Positions 54,572-64,000 of a stretch of 64,000 nt of DNA are shown piece by piece. The translations under genes were made by a program, and so were the position numbers. The DNA comes from a virus (lineage: Duplodnaviria > Caudoviricetes). The notes beneath the pieces were generated by a model that saw nothing but the letters and a program-made list of their open reading frames with translations, did no database searches and was not told the origin of the DNA. Position 1 is the stretch's first letter; the number at the start of each line of letters is the position of its first letter. The stretch lies in IMG/VR virus record IMGVR_UViG_3300037010_001838; one strand, 5' to 3'.

Positions 54572-55660
54572 TTAAGTAAACGCTAAACTAATTTCAGATA
54601 ATAACCAATTACTTGCAAGATTTCCTGAAACACTATTGTTTCTTGTAAACTCAAATTGATAAAGAGTTCCAGGTGTAAGCGATAAAGACGCTAGTGTTAC
54701 CGTTTGCGAATAATACTGAAAATAGTTGTTTGTTGGAACAGATAACACTCCAAGCGTAGAGATTAAATTCCAGGAACTAATAGGTCCATTATTTGGAAGA
54801 CTTCTAACATAAAGTTTGGGTTGTATGGATGCCGTTGTTCCTGGAGCGGTTTGTGCCCTCCCCTTATAATAAAACGTTAAATTTGTTGCGCCTAATGGAA
54901 TTGATACATAACACCCAACTCCCTGTTCAACAGTATTTGAAAATTGGCGAACATTTAAACCAATATTATTCGGATCGGTTACAGTAGGAGCAAGAGCATT
55001 AACAGCCCAATCTGCATTATTTGGTGAATCTAAACTAGCTGGGAAATACGTAAATGTTCTGAGAGGTGGAATAATTGAAGTTAATCCAGTAATATCTGAA
55101 GGAACAAGAGTAACTGCACCCGTTTTCCCCGCAACAGATGTTACGGCTCCAGAACCAACGACAGTTAAACCATTTGCAACGATAACGATTCTGATCTGTC
55201 TTGTATTTCCTGCAACCTTAACAGTTACTGTATTTGTAGAAGTCAACACAACACTATCCGCCTGAATTAAAGTGTTTGTGGAATTATCGAACAAAGAAAC
55301 AACAACGTTTTGTGTTCCAAGATTATGAGTTACATCTGCAGAATATATGTTTCCCGAAACGAGTGTCCATGATGAAATTACAGTAGAATAAGAGCTTGGA
55401 GTAGTGGCATTATTAACCCACACGCTTCCATTGTAATACAAGACCTGTCCAGTTGTGGGTGATGTTAGATTAACATCTGTTAATCCAGATAATGCTTCTG
55501 GTGGTCCAACTTGAACAACAGAATCGGTTCCATTGTTCTTTTTAATATACATCTTACCATCATACGTATTAATGGCAATTTCACCCAACTGCAAATCAGT
55601 AGTAGATGGAACCTTCGCTGCAACTGCTGATCTTTTAATTAAAATTGTATTTGTAGCCAT
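54572..55660 (-). CDS. tail fibre-like protein
   Basis: ILIKRS...P...LQLGEIAINTYDGKMY; LSGLTDV repeat; THNLGT. Confidence 0.7.
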   Translation of the reverse strand: MATNTILIKRSAVAAKVPSTTDLQLGEIAINTYDGKMYIKKNNGTDSVVQVGPPEALSGLTDVNLTSPTTGQVLYYNGSVWVNNATTPSSYSTVISSWTLVSGNIYSADVTHNLGTQNVVVSLFDNSTNTLIQADSVVLTSTNTVTVKVAGNTRQIRIVIVANGLTVVGSGAVTSVAGKTGAVTLVPSDITGLTSIIPPLRTFTYFPASLDSPNNADWAVNALAPTVTDPNNIGLNVRQFSNTVEQGVGCYVSIPLGATNLTFYYKGRAQTAPGTTASIQPKLYVRSLPNNGPISSWNLISTLGVLSVPTNNYFQYYSQTVTLASLSLTPGTLYQFEFTRNNSVSGNLASNWLLSEISLAFT

Positions 55661-55745
55661 ATGGCCCTCCTATATAGGGAAATACCTTGTATATACAAGG
55701 TTTTATTACTTAATATACCTTTTATGATCATACGGTTTATGTCTT

Positions 55746-55780
55746 CTATGAATACTTCTCCATAAAAGAAGTATTCATAG
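55746..55780. terminator. inverted repeat / terminator
   Basis: ctatgaatacttc-9 nt-gaagtattcatag. Confidence 0.65.
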
Positions 55781-55791
55781 TATTAAAATGT

Positions 55792-58700
55792 CTAAAAAGT
55801 TCCTCCGTCAATAACCTGTCCAACGATCATTGCATCTGTAATTCCATAACCAACAGTAGTTGTTGGAGTTGTGGTAACTTGTGAGAATGGAACTGTAAGA
55901 TTCACTGCAGTTCCAATTGAAGTTATTAAACCTTTAGCATTAACTGTAATTGGATAGTGTTTTGAACCATCTGTGTTATACGTTCCAGCAACAACACCAC
56001 TATTTGCAAGTGTTAACGGAATGCTTGTTGTTCCAGAACCAGTCGCATCACCTGTACAAGTAATTGTTTGATTTCCAGTTAAATATGCAGTTGTGGACGC
56101 AGCAGTTACCTGACCTTGGGCGTTCACACTAAATGTATTATACCCAGAACCTGCAGTAACTGCAGTGTTTGTAATACTAAATGTGTTTCCAGTTAACGTT
56201 AAACCTGTTCCAGCAGTATATGTATTAGCTCCAGTAAACTGTGAGAACGTAAGGTTTGTTGTTCCTACTATAATTGGGCCAGAAACTGACTCTGTCCAAC
56301 CAGTACTATTTAAAGTTGTTCCTTGATCGACATAAACTGCCATACCAGCAACTTGAGCAGAAGTTGTTGCATCTGTAGCACGACCCCAAGCACCAGCAGC
56401 AACAACGTAGATACCATTTTGGGAGGCTGTTGTTTGATTCTTAACGAGAACGCGGTCTCCAGCTATAACTGCAACACCATCAATTGTTTGTGTTCCAGAA
56501 AGGGTAATATTTGCTGTAGTTGCAACCTTAACAGATTCTTTCCAAGATAAGCCGGCAACTGCATTATCAACGTATTGTTTTGTGGCAGCTCCAAGAGCAA
56601 CTGTTGGATCTCCAGAAAGAACCAATAAACCAGTCATTGTGTCTCCAGCCTTGTTGACTGGAGAGAAACCCAAAGCTGTTGTTACGTCTGTTGAAGTCAA
56701 TGTTACTACACCAGTTCTTGTATTAAATGAAAGCACACCAGTGTTACCAAATGTTATGTTTCCTGTTGCACTTGAAACACTAATTCCCGAACCTGCAACA
56801 GCTGACAACACACCAGTGTTTGAAATTGTTACTGTTCCAGTTGCACTAGACACTCCAATACCGGAACCTGCAACGTTTGATGTTACACCAGTATTTGTTA
56901 TTGTTAATGTCCCTGTTCCGTTTGTTACACTAACACCGGAACCTGCTGAAACTGTTTTATATTCAAGTCCAGTAGCTCCAGAGTTAACTCCAAGAATTTG
57001 GTAAGCAGAACCAATTGAGGATAAACCAGTTCCACCATAACCAGTAGCAACTGTTGAACCATTCCAGGTACCAGAAGTGATTGTTCCAACTGTTACGATT
57101 GAACTACTACCTGCAACAGGAGCACGAGAAGTGTCTGTTGGGTGAATGTGGTCTTGACGTGAATATAAATAAGAAGTTCCAACTGCAACTGTCCCATCCA
57201 TAATTGGATTTGATGTGCCTGCTTGACCAAGGACAAATGCTGTTGTGGCAATTTGTGTTGTATTAGTATTTGAAGGCGCAGTGGGGGCAGTAGGAGTTCC
57301 CGTAAAAGACGGAGAAGCAAGTAACGCATAAGACGCTGCTGGTGTTCCACCTAAACTTGTTGCATTTGCAGCAGTCCCAGTAATGCTAATTCCCCAAGTG
57401 CCAGAAGCTCCTGTACCAGTTAATGTAGGAGCATATACAGAGTTTATGTCTGTAATACCATATCCCGCAACCGTTGTTGGTTTGCTTGTAATTGAACTAA
57501 AGGATGGAGTAATTGTGACTGCAGCACCAGTTGCTGTTACACGTCCTTTTGCATCAACCGTAAATGGTGTAACTGCTGTTGCACTATTATTATACGTGCC
57601 TGCTGTAACTCCAGAGTTTGCAAGAGTTAACGTAATAGCAGTTGTACCTGAACCTGTGGCATCCCCTGAACACGTAATCGTTTGATTTCCAGTTAAATAT
57701 GCTGTCGTAGAAGCTAGTGTGACCTGACCCTGGGCATTAACACTGAAAGTATTGTAACCGGAACCGGCTGTTACTGTAGTGTTTGTAATACTAAAAGCGT
57801 TTCCAGTTAATGTTAAACCTGTTCCGGCAGTATATGTTCCAGCACCTGTAAATTGTGAAAACACAATATTTGTAGTTCCAACTACAATTGCACCTGACGT
57901 TGTTTGTGTCCAACCCGTATTTGCTTGAGTTGTTCCTTGGTCAACGTATACTGTCAACCCTTGGAATTCAGCATTTGCATCTGCATCTATTGAACGTGTC
58001 CAAGTACCTGTCCCAGCAACATAAATACCATTTTGAGTTGCATTTGTTTGATTTTTAACAAGAACGCGTTCACCATCAACTGTTGTGTGGCCATCAATAG
58101 ATTGGAGACCCGAAAGGGTAATATTTGCTGTAGTTGCACACGTAACGGCTTCTTTCCAAGACAAACCAGCAATAGCATTATCAACATATTGTTTTGTTGC
58201 AGCACCAAGAGCCACAGAAGGATCTCCAGAAAGAATCAACAAACCAGTCATTGTGTCTCCAGCCTTGTTGACTGGTGTATATCCTAACGCTGTTGTAATA
58301 TCACTAGAACCAACTGCTGTGGTTCCAGTAACTAAACCTTTGGAACTTCTTGTAAATTTTAAGAATGTTCCCGAACCACCATCAACAATAGTTGCAAGTG
58401 TTGTTGTAATTGCTGTTGTACCCGAACCAGAGACGTCTCCAGATAATGTAATTGTTTCGTTTCCAGAAAGAGGAGTATACCCAAGAGCTGTACTAATATC
58501 AGACGATAATAATGTTATGGCACCTGTTCTCCCAAATACTGAAGTGACTGGGAATGTAATTGCAACTGAAGAGGCTGCTGTAACTAAACCTTTTCCGTTT
58601 ACTGTAAATGCTCCAACATGAGTACTATCTCCAAAAGAACCTGTATTTGAATTAACTGTTGCTAACGTAAGAGTAACAGCGTCACCACTTACTGAACCGG

Positions 58701-58878
58701 ATACGTCACCAGAGTAAGTATATGCTCCAACCTGAATAATACTATCAACACCGTTGTTGATGTGCATATACATTTTGCCGTCATACGTATTTAATCCAAC
58801 TTCACCAATCGCGATATCGGATGTTGTTGGAACTTTACCTTGTGTTGCTGTTCTTTTTAAGAGAATTTGATTTGACAT
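55792..58878 (-). CDS. long repetitive tail fibre protein
   Basis: 1028 aa, G/T/A-rich; two WKE.V..ATTANITLSG.Q.IDG domains; repeated VNAQGQVT and ANSGVTAGTY units. Confidence 0.8.
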   Translation of the reverse strand: MSNQILLKRTATQGKVPTTSDIAIGEVGLNTYDGKMYMHINNGVDSIIQVGAYTYSGDVSGSVSGDAVTLTLATVNSNTGSFGDSTHVGAFTVNGKGLVTAASSVAITFPVTSVFGRTGAITLLSSDISTALGYTPLSGNETITLSGDVSGSGTTAITTTLATIVDGGSGTFLKFTRSSKGLVTGTTAVGSSDITTALGYTPVNKAGDTMTGLLILSGDPSVALGAATKQYVDNAIAGLSWKEAVTCATTANITLSGLQSIDGHTTVDGERVLVKNQTNATQNGIYVAGTGTWTRSIDADANAEFQGLTVYVDQGTTQANTGWTQTTSGAIVVGTTNIVFSQFTGAGTYTAGTGLTLTGNAFSITNTTVTAGSGYNTFSVNAQGQVTLASTTAYLTGNQTITCSGDATGSGTTAITLTLANSGVTAGTYNNSATAVTPFTVDAKGRVTATGAAVTITPSFSSITSKPTTVAGYGITDINSVYAPTLTGTGASGTWGISITGTAANATSLGGTPAASYALLASPSFTGTPTAPTAPSNTNTTQIATTAFVLGQAGTSNPIMDGTVAVGTSYLYSRQDHIHPTDTSRAPVAGSSSIVTVGTITSGTWNGSTVATGYGGTGLSSIGSAYQILGVNSGATGLEYKTVSAGSGVSVTNGTGTLTITNTGVTSNVAGSGIGVSSATGTVTISNTGVLSAVAGSGISVSSATGNITFGNTGVLSFNTRTGVVTLTSTDVTTALGFSPVNKAGDTMTGLLVLSGDPTVALGAATKQYVDNAVAGLSWKESVKVATTANITLSGTQTIDGVAVIAGDRVLVKNQTTASQNGIYVVAAGAWGRATDATTSAQVAGMAVYVDQGTTLNSTGWTESVSGPIIVGTTNLTFSQFTGANTYTAGTGLTLTGNTFSITNTAVTAGSGYNTFSVNAQGQVTAASTTAYLTGNQTITCTGDATGSGTTSIPLTLANSGVVAGTYNTDGSKHYPITVNAKGLITSIGTAVNLTVPFSQVTTTPTTTVGYGITDAMIVGQVIDGGTF

Positions 58879-58899
58879 ATATTTTTCCTGTTGTTATGA

Positions 58900-59451
58900 T
58901 CAAAATGTTCCTGCATCTAATGATATTTCTAAATCTTGTGCTGATGTTACTCTTCCAGTACTGTCTACGGTAAACTGTCCAACTGAACTTACAGTTCCAT
59001 AAATTCCTGGAGTTACTCCGTTGTCCTTTAACGTTGTATTTATACTAACATTAGTAGAACCATCAAATGATGTGTTACCTATTACATCATTAGTAAGTGA
59101 AATATTGACAGGAGTTGCAAGCTTTACAGCTTCTGCAACTGATCCAGTTGAAATTGCATTATTAATCTGTGTAGATGACCACAGAATATTGGTTCCAGTA
59201 GATGAATCGTCTACAACTGTCTCGTTTGACGATATGTCTGTAACAACAGGGCAAACAAACGTAGATAGTAAATTTTCGAATGCTGTTTGTTGTTCTGTAT
59301 CTAATGTGGTTTCAAAATAAAATTGAAGTTGTGGAGAACCATCATCCACAATCTGTTCGAGTAATATACCAATTGTTGGTGTATTATTGATTGCATCAAG
59401 TAATGCCCCAACGCACGTTGTATAATATGTTGGACTATATATTGTTGACAT
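58900..59451 (-). CDS. fibre-associated protein
   Basis: KLATP.NISL; NGVTPG.YG...VDSTGRVT. Confidence 0.6.
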   Translation of the reverse strand: MSTIYSPTYYTTCVGALLDAINNTPTIGILLEQIVDDGSPQLQFYFETTLDTEQQTAFENLLSTFVCPVVTDISSNETVVDDSSTGTNILWSSTQINNAISTGSVAEAVKLATPVNISLTNDVIGNTSFDGSTNVSINTTLKDNGVTPGIYGTVSSVGQFTVDSTGRVTSAQDLEISLDAGTF

Positions 59452-59456
59452 TTAAT

Positions 59457-60080
59457 TTACCTTTCCATCACAATATTTAGCCTACACCCATTTACTTGTG
59501 TTACAAGAGAGCCACTCCCGCTAAACCGAGAACTCGCAACCTTTATCGTGTCTCCAGAAGAAGCAGGAACCATAATAGAAGAAGAAACAGTAAAAACTCC
59601 ATTAGATGAAGCTGAATGATTACTATATGATAAAGAACCAGGAACAATAACATTATTTTTGTAAATCCCTGTTTGACTTGCTGTTACGTTGTTGGTTGTT
59701 GATGCAAATGAAACATCAAAATTGATTAAATAATTTCCTGTATTGTTAATAGTTATAACACCAGAATTATATGTATAATTGCTGTCAGTACGAACATTTG
59801 TCCCAAACAACAATGTTGTTAGTGTTGTTGAAAATGTTTGTGAAACGTTTCCATTATGTCTTGATAAAATAACAGATGTTGTTGTTAATAACATCCAATT
59901 AGTATCCAACGGGCCAGTTTTTACATATACCCCACTGTTCGTTCCTGAAGAACGAAGAAAAAGAGAACCTTCTGGGGCTTCAAACCCTACCCCAGAAGGA
60001 TCAATCGTGCCTTGTGTAATTAAAGTAGCATCAGAAAGTGATAATGTACTAATTCTAAATGCTTTGTCTATATGAGCCAA
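59457..60080 (-). CDS. virion protein with C1q/BclA-like C-terminus
   Basis: APEGSLFLR; YNSGVITINNTGNYLINF, GDTIKV. Confidence 0.55.
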   Translation of the reverse strand: MAHIDKAFRISTLSLSDATLITQGTIDPSGVGFEAPEGSLFLRSSGTNSGVYVKTGPLDTNWMLLTTTSVILSRHNGNVSQTFSTTLTTLLFGTNVRTDSNYTYNSGVITINNTGNYLINFDVSFASTTNNVTASQTGIYKNNVIVPGSLSYSNHSASSNGVFTVSSSIMVPASSGDTIKVASSRFSGSGSLVTQVNGCRLNIVMER

Positions 60081-60102
60081 GACTAACTTCTCCTTTTATA
60101 TA

Positions 60103-61203
60103 TTAAATTGCTGTTAAACGTTTAATTTTAATCGTTGTTGCGTTTGTCGTACTAACAGAAAGAACTAAATCTGCAGTTGATAACGAAACATCAACTGTAA
60201 GTCCATCAATTGCAGCACCAAGACTTAAAATGCCGTATTGGTTAAAATCAATGTCTGTTCCATTTGTTGCTGCAAACACTTCAAAAGCAGACACATCAGC
60301 AGCTGTTGTATTATCTTGTACATAAACTAACCACTTTACCATAACAGCGGCGACGGTGTCAGTTACAGCAGATGTTCCACCTGTACCAGAAGTTGTTTGT
60401 GTTAATGATTCAACATAAGTAGAAATTGCTTGAATGTTTGCATCAGCCGAATTTGTAGAAGTAATAATAGAATTAGTTGTAACACCAGAACCAATAGCAC
60501 TATCCAACTGAGTTAATACGTTTGTTATGCTAGTTGGGCTTGTGACGTTGTGAAATGTTGCCCCTGCTACATCAAATGTACCATCAGACTTAACTAATGG
60601 ACCCGCTGATGCTTCAATATTATTAACTTCTGTTTGCAAATTTCCAGTAGAAGTTTCAAGATCAGAAACACGAGTTACAAAAGCAGAGTCAATCCCAATT
60701 GTATAACCTGTATCTGTAGAACCTAAAACAGAAATTTCATTTGCAGTACCGGTAACTGTTGAATTTGTGTTGTCTATAATATCAACACCGCTTGCTGTGT
60801 TAAATACTAAACCATCATTGACGTTTGCATAGAATGGTGTTCCTGTTCCTACTTGAAACCATCCAGCAGTTGAGACTTTATAATAGTCACCGGCGTGTGT
60901 ATTTGAAAGAGTTGTTACATCTAAAGCGTGTGTATTATCTACTCCACCTACAACTGTCCCATAATAAACAAAAGCATTACCCAAACTAGTAATATCTGAC
61001 GATTTTGCTAATTTGGACCATTTATTTGTACCAACACCAGATAAAATCTTTGTATATGAATCCCCGTTTGTATTATCTAAATAAAACGAACCTACAGGTG
61101 CGAGACTTGGATCACCTGAAGCTCCTGGAGCTCCCGCTCCTTCTAAGATTTGAATATCGTCTAATTGAAGACCTTTTGTAATTTTAAACATTGATAATGC
61201 CAT
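60103..61203 (-). CDS. virion structural protein
   Basis: APVGSFYLD; AGDYY; late promoter upstream. Confidence 0.6.
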   Translation of the reverse strand: MALSMFKITKGLQLDDIQILEGAGAPGASGDPSLAPVGSFYLDNTNGDSYTKILSGVGTNKWSKLAKSSDITSLGNAFVYYGTVVGGVDNTHALDVTTLSNTHAGDYYKVSTAGWFQVGTGTPFYANVNDGLVFNTASGVDIIDNTNSTVTGTANEISVLGSTDTGYTIGIDSAFVTRVSDLETSTGNLQTEVNNIEASAGPLVKSDGTFDVAGATFHNVTSPTSITNVLTQLDSAIGSGVTTNSIITSTNSADANIQAISTYVESLTQTTSGTGGTSAVTDTVAAVMVKWLVYVQDNTTAADVSAFEVFAATNGTDIDFNQYGILSLGAAIDGLTVDVSLSTADLVLSVSTTNATTIKIKRLTAI

Positions 61204-61272
61204 GATATGTTCCTAAAATGTAGTTAAAAGTTGAAATTCTATTCATAATATTATTTATTATAATTTTATAAT

Positions 61273-61635
61273 TTATAACCCTATGTGAACAATCGTGACA
61301 AAAAAATCAAAAGTATCAAGGTTAATTACGTTCAATACAATTTCATCATTTATGATGCTTATGTCTAAATCAAATTGAATGTTATCACCAACTTGACCAT
61401 AAATTGAGTAAATTGCTTCAGTTCCTTTTTTAATTGCCATTATTTCTGTAGCCGAGACAATAGAAGAATCTGCATTACTTATCGTTATAATCCATTTAAT
61501 TGATACACCTTTTGCAGTGTCAACAAACAAATTTTGGGTAACAGGAATTGTAATGTTATTAGCAATTGTTTGTACAGTACTGCTGGTTATACTCGGATTG
61601 GTTAAAACAAGGGCCATGACATCCTTTCCAGTCAA
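61273..61635 (-). CDS. virion protein paralogous to the C-terminus of 60103-61203
   Basis: KWIITI...EI.A...YG..G pattern shared with VKWLVYV...EVFA...YGIL. Confidence 0.5.
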   Translation of the reverse strand: MTGKDVMALVLTNPSITSSTVQTIANNITIPVTQNLFVDTAKGVSIKWIITISNADSSIVSATEIMAIKKGTEAIYSIYGQVGDNIQFDLDISIINDEIVLNVINLDTFDFFVTIVHIGL

Positions 61636-61738
61636 CTCAAAGTTAGATTTATAAATATTTAGAGGTATTTATGAAATTAAAATCTTTGAATCAAACAAAA
61701 CAATAAATAAACATATAATAACAAAGGTAATTACAACA

Positions 61739-62473
61739 ATGAACGTAATCATAACTTCATTCTTTACACAAAGTGGGAACCCAGCAACAGGATTAACCCC
61801 CACAATTCGCATTTGGAACGTTGAAGATACATCAAACACTTTAATAGTTCCATCATCTGGACCAGATCCAATAATGAGTGAAGTGGGTGATGGTTTTTAT
61901 AACTTTGTATTTACTACAACTCTGGGTTTTGATCCATTAAAAACATATGTAACAAGAACAGATGGTGGTTCCTCCTTATCTATAACCGATGGTAGATATC
62001 AAACCTCTTCGATTGATTTAACTGAAAACACAAGTAATACTACAACAATAACTACAGCTGATATTACTGCTATTGTTGATGGAGTTTGGAATGAACCAAC
62101 TGCTTCTCACACATCTAGTGGAACTATGGGATTAGCTCAAGTTGTTAACATTGGTGCATATCCCACACTATCACAAATTGCATCAGCTGTATGGGATGAA
62201 CCGGCTTCTACACACTTAATACCAGGGAGTGTGGGTGTTTTTCAAAATGAAACCCACGCCGACGCACAACAATTACGAATAGATGTTACAACAGCATTGA
62301 GTTTACTTGCTACATTATTGAAATATGAAACGAATAGAACTAAAATTGATAAAATAGCAATGACACTCACAGTGTATGACGATGATGGAGTAACACCCTT
62401 GAAAGTTTTTAGTTTAAAAGATAGCACTGGTGCTTCTAGTGTTACAGAAGTTTGTGAACGACGCCCAATATAA
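61739..62473 (+). CDS. putative virion protein
   Basis: Late-type ATAAATA upstream; repeated VW.EP...H; LTVYDDDGVTPL. Confidence 0.65.
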   Translation: MNVIITSFFTQSGNPATGLTPTIRIWNVEDTSNTLIVPSSGPDPIMSEVGDGFYNFVFTTTLGFDPLKTYVTRTDGGSSLSITDGRYQTSSIDLTENTSNTTTITTADITAIVDGVWNEPTASHTSSGTMGLAQVVNIGAYPTLSQIASAVWDEPASTHLIPGSVGVFQNETHADAQQLRIDVTTALSLLATLLKYETNRTKIDKIAMTLTVYDDDGVTPLKVFSLKDSTGASSVTEVCERRPI

Positions 62474-62484
62474 AGGATTATTAA

Positions 62485-62952
62485 ATGGATTATATGGGTG
62501 GTATTTTAACAAAAGGTTTGGGTGGACCGGCTTGTTGTGGATTGATTATTGCTCAATTCAATTTAGCTAAATGTTGTCAATATACAGTAACTGTAACACC
62601 AGCACAATATGATGGTGGTTCTCTACCATTAGCTCCTGGACAAATTCAGAATTTTTATTCACCTGTTAATCCTGATGGAACATCATCAAACAAATTAACA
62701 CCATTACCTTATCTTACTCCAGTTGCAGCCCCAAGAGAAATTGAAAAAATATCAATAACGCTCAAGGTAAAAGATAGAGATGAACCATTATTAAAAGAAT
62801 ATTTTGTTCCAAAATATAAATCAAAGGTGCTAATAAATATTACAAGATTCGTAGCAAGTTCATTTGGAATAGTAAGTGTTACCACATCCAACCTGAAAAC
62901 TAAAACCGAAAACAGAATTCGTGTGTTCGCCGAGAAGTTACGAAAGAGATAA
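62485..62952 (+). CDS. hypothetical protein
   Basis: 155-aa ORF, SD aagga. Confidence 0.6.
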   Translation: MDYMGGILTKGLGGPACCGLIIAQFNLAKCCQYTVTVTPAQYDGGSLPLAPGQIQNFYSPVNPDGTSSNKLTPLPYLTPVAAPREIEKISITLKVKDRDEPLLKEYFVPKYKSKVLINITRFVASSFGIVSVTTSNLKTKTENRIRVFAEKLRKR

Positions 62953-62974
62953 ATACACAAAAAGGCTTATTATA

Positions 62975-63547
62975 ATGGATACAATTACAGTTAATCGCTC
63001 TAAACCAACAGAAGTGGAATTCGATATGAGAATTGATGGTGCATCAATAGATGAAGCTGATGCAAAATTTGTTATTCATTGTGACGAATTTGATATTCGT
63101 TTTGATTGTAAACACACATCTCAATATACGTTTGCAGCGCAGATTCCAGCAATTACTTTTTTACAAAAAGGTGTTCATGATTGTTCAGTAGAAGTTGTCG
63201 TTAATGGACAATTATTTAAACCATTAAAGGGAAACGCAACGATTGTGGATAATATTAAAGTGGAAGTTTCGACAGAAAAACCCAAAGATAAATCTGAAGA
63301 AGCAGAAGAAATAAAACAAGTTCCTCCTTTTGATAGAGAACCCAAATCGTCATTAAGTCCTTTTGCACTTGCAAATTATTTGCAAAATAGAGATGTTGCT
63401 GATGAACACGAAGAAGTATCAGAAAATGTAAAAGATAAAAAGGTTCGTGAAATCCTCAAGGAAATGCAAATTGTTCCAATTAAAAAGCCTAGAACAAAAC
63501 CACGCTCTCTTAAAAATATAACAGAAAGTAAAAGATTAGCGAAGTAA
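62975..63547 (+). CDS. hypothetical late protein
   Basis: gATAAATA at about 62948; start MDTITV. Confidence 0.65.
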   Translation: MDTITVNRSKPTEVEFDMRIDGASIDEADAKFVIHCDEFDIRFDCKHTSQYTFAAQIPAITFLQKGVHDCSVEVVVNGQLFKPLKGNATIVDNIKVEVSTEKPKDKSEEAEEIKQVPPFDREPKSSLSPFALANYLQNRDVADEHEEVSENVKDKKVREILKEMQIVPIKKPRTKPRSLKNITESKRLAK

Positions 63548-64000
63548 TCCGACCGTCTCTAGTTGTTCTTCAAGTTTATGTAAGTGTTTACACATTCCAG
63601 GGGCATTCGTTGGATTGACAGAAGGTCTATCCGTTTTCTTTACATATGGTGGAGGTGGTTCACCATCTAATCCATCATTTTGATAATTCGCTTGTGCAAA
63701 CCTATAATAAAAATCCATACACGAACACTTAACTTTAACATCATTCACTTTTGTATTTAACGGGTGAATGTTATGTTCAACTCCATCAACTCCCTCAAAC
63801 GTCACTAATTGATTAGAAGGTGCTTGCTCGTAATATACATCTTCAAATAACATAGAACATTCGTATCTCTTTGGACCACTGACTGCTGTTGCATTAACTT
63901 TTAACAAATTTGAATCTTGATACGGAACATATTTGATATTCGATATCCCGATTGTAGTTACCGCATGTTGACGTTTTTCAGTATCAGGAAATGAACTTTG
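63536..64000 (-). CDS. SWIM-type Zn-finger protein (5' end outside window)
   Basis: VKCSCMDF...GMCKHL; frame open to position 64000. Confidence 0.7.
   Translation of the reverse strand, partial: QSSFPDTEKRQHAVTTIGISNIKYVPYQDSNLLKVNATAVSGPKRYECSMLFEDVYYEQAPSNQLVTFEGVDGVEHNIHPLNTKVNDVKVKCSCMDFYYRFAQANYQNDGLDGEPPPPYVKKTDRPSVNPTNAPGMCKHLHKLEEQLETVGLLR

Noticed and set aside
52245-62427. Many + strand ORFs antisense to fibre genes (V/P/T-rich)
   Set aside because: Reverse-frame artefacts of G/T/A-rich fibre codons.
1-64000. CRISPR array
   Set aside because: No regularly spaced repeat-spacer series seen; repeats found are tRNA spacers, IS ends or coding repeats.

Overview
AT-rich 64-kb segment of a large T4-like (jumbo-type) myophage genome. 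The bS21 sequence resembles gammaproteobacterial bS21, so a proteobacterial host is likely (inference). 1-9.5 kb: tRNA-rich accessory region with about 15 intact tRNAs plus remnants, small ORFs, a kinase-like gene, a free-standing endonuclease and an HD-GYP gene. 10-26 kb (+ strand): RNA end-repair-like enzymes (HAD, ligase-fold, CCA-type, 2H), rIIA/rIIB, QueD-like and TGT/DpdA-like genes, nucleotide metabolism, bS21 and HNH. 26-51 kb (mostly - strand): FolE2, an intact IS605-group element (tnpA+tnpB), two fragments of a DnaE-like polymerase, tail-fibre cassettes, clamp loader, GroES, M15 lysin, UvsW/UvsY/UvsX and gp32. 51-64 kb: fibre and virion genes. Sigma70-type and T4-late-type (ATAAATA) promoters are both visible. 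Two observations stand out. (1) A complete leader-peptide attenuator (Asn/Val/Lys-rich leader, antiterminator, terminator) sits upstream of a Val-Asn-Lys-Lys-Lys tRNA operon. (2) Two tRNA genes (Asn and Lys) carry 31-33-nt hairpin insertions inside the anticodon loop. All calls come from reading motifs by eye; no searches were run.
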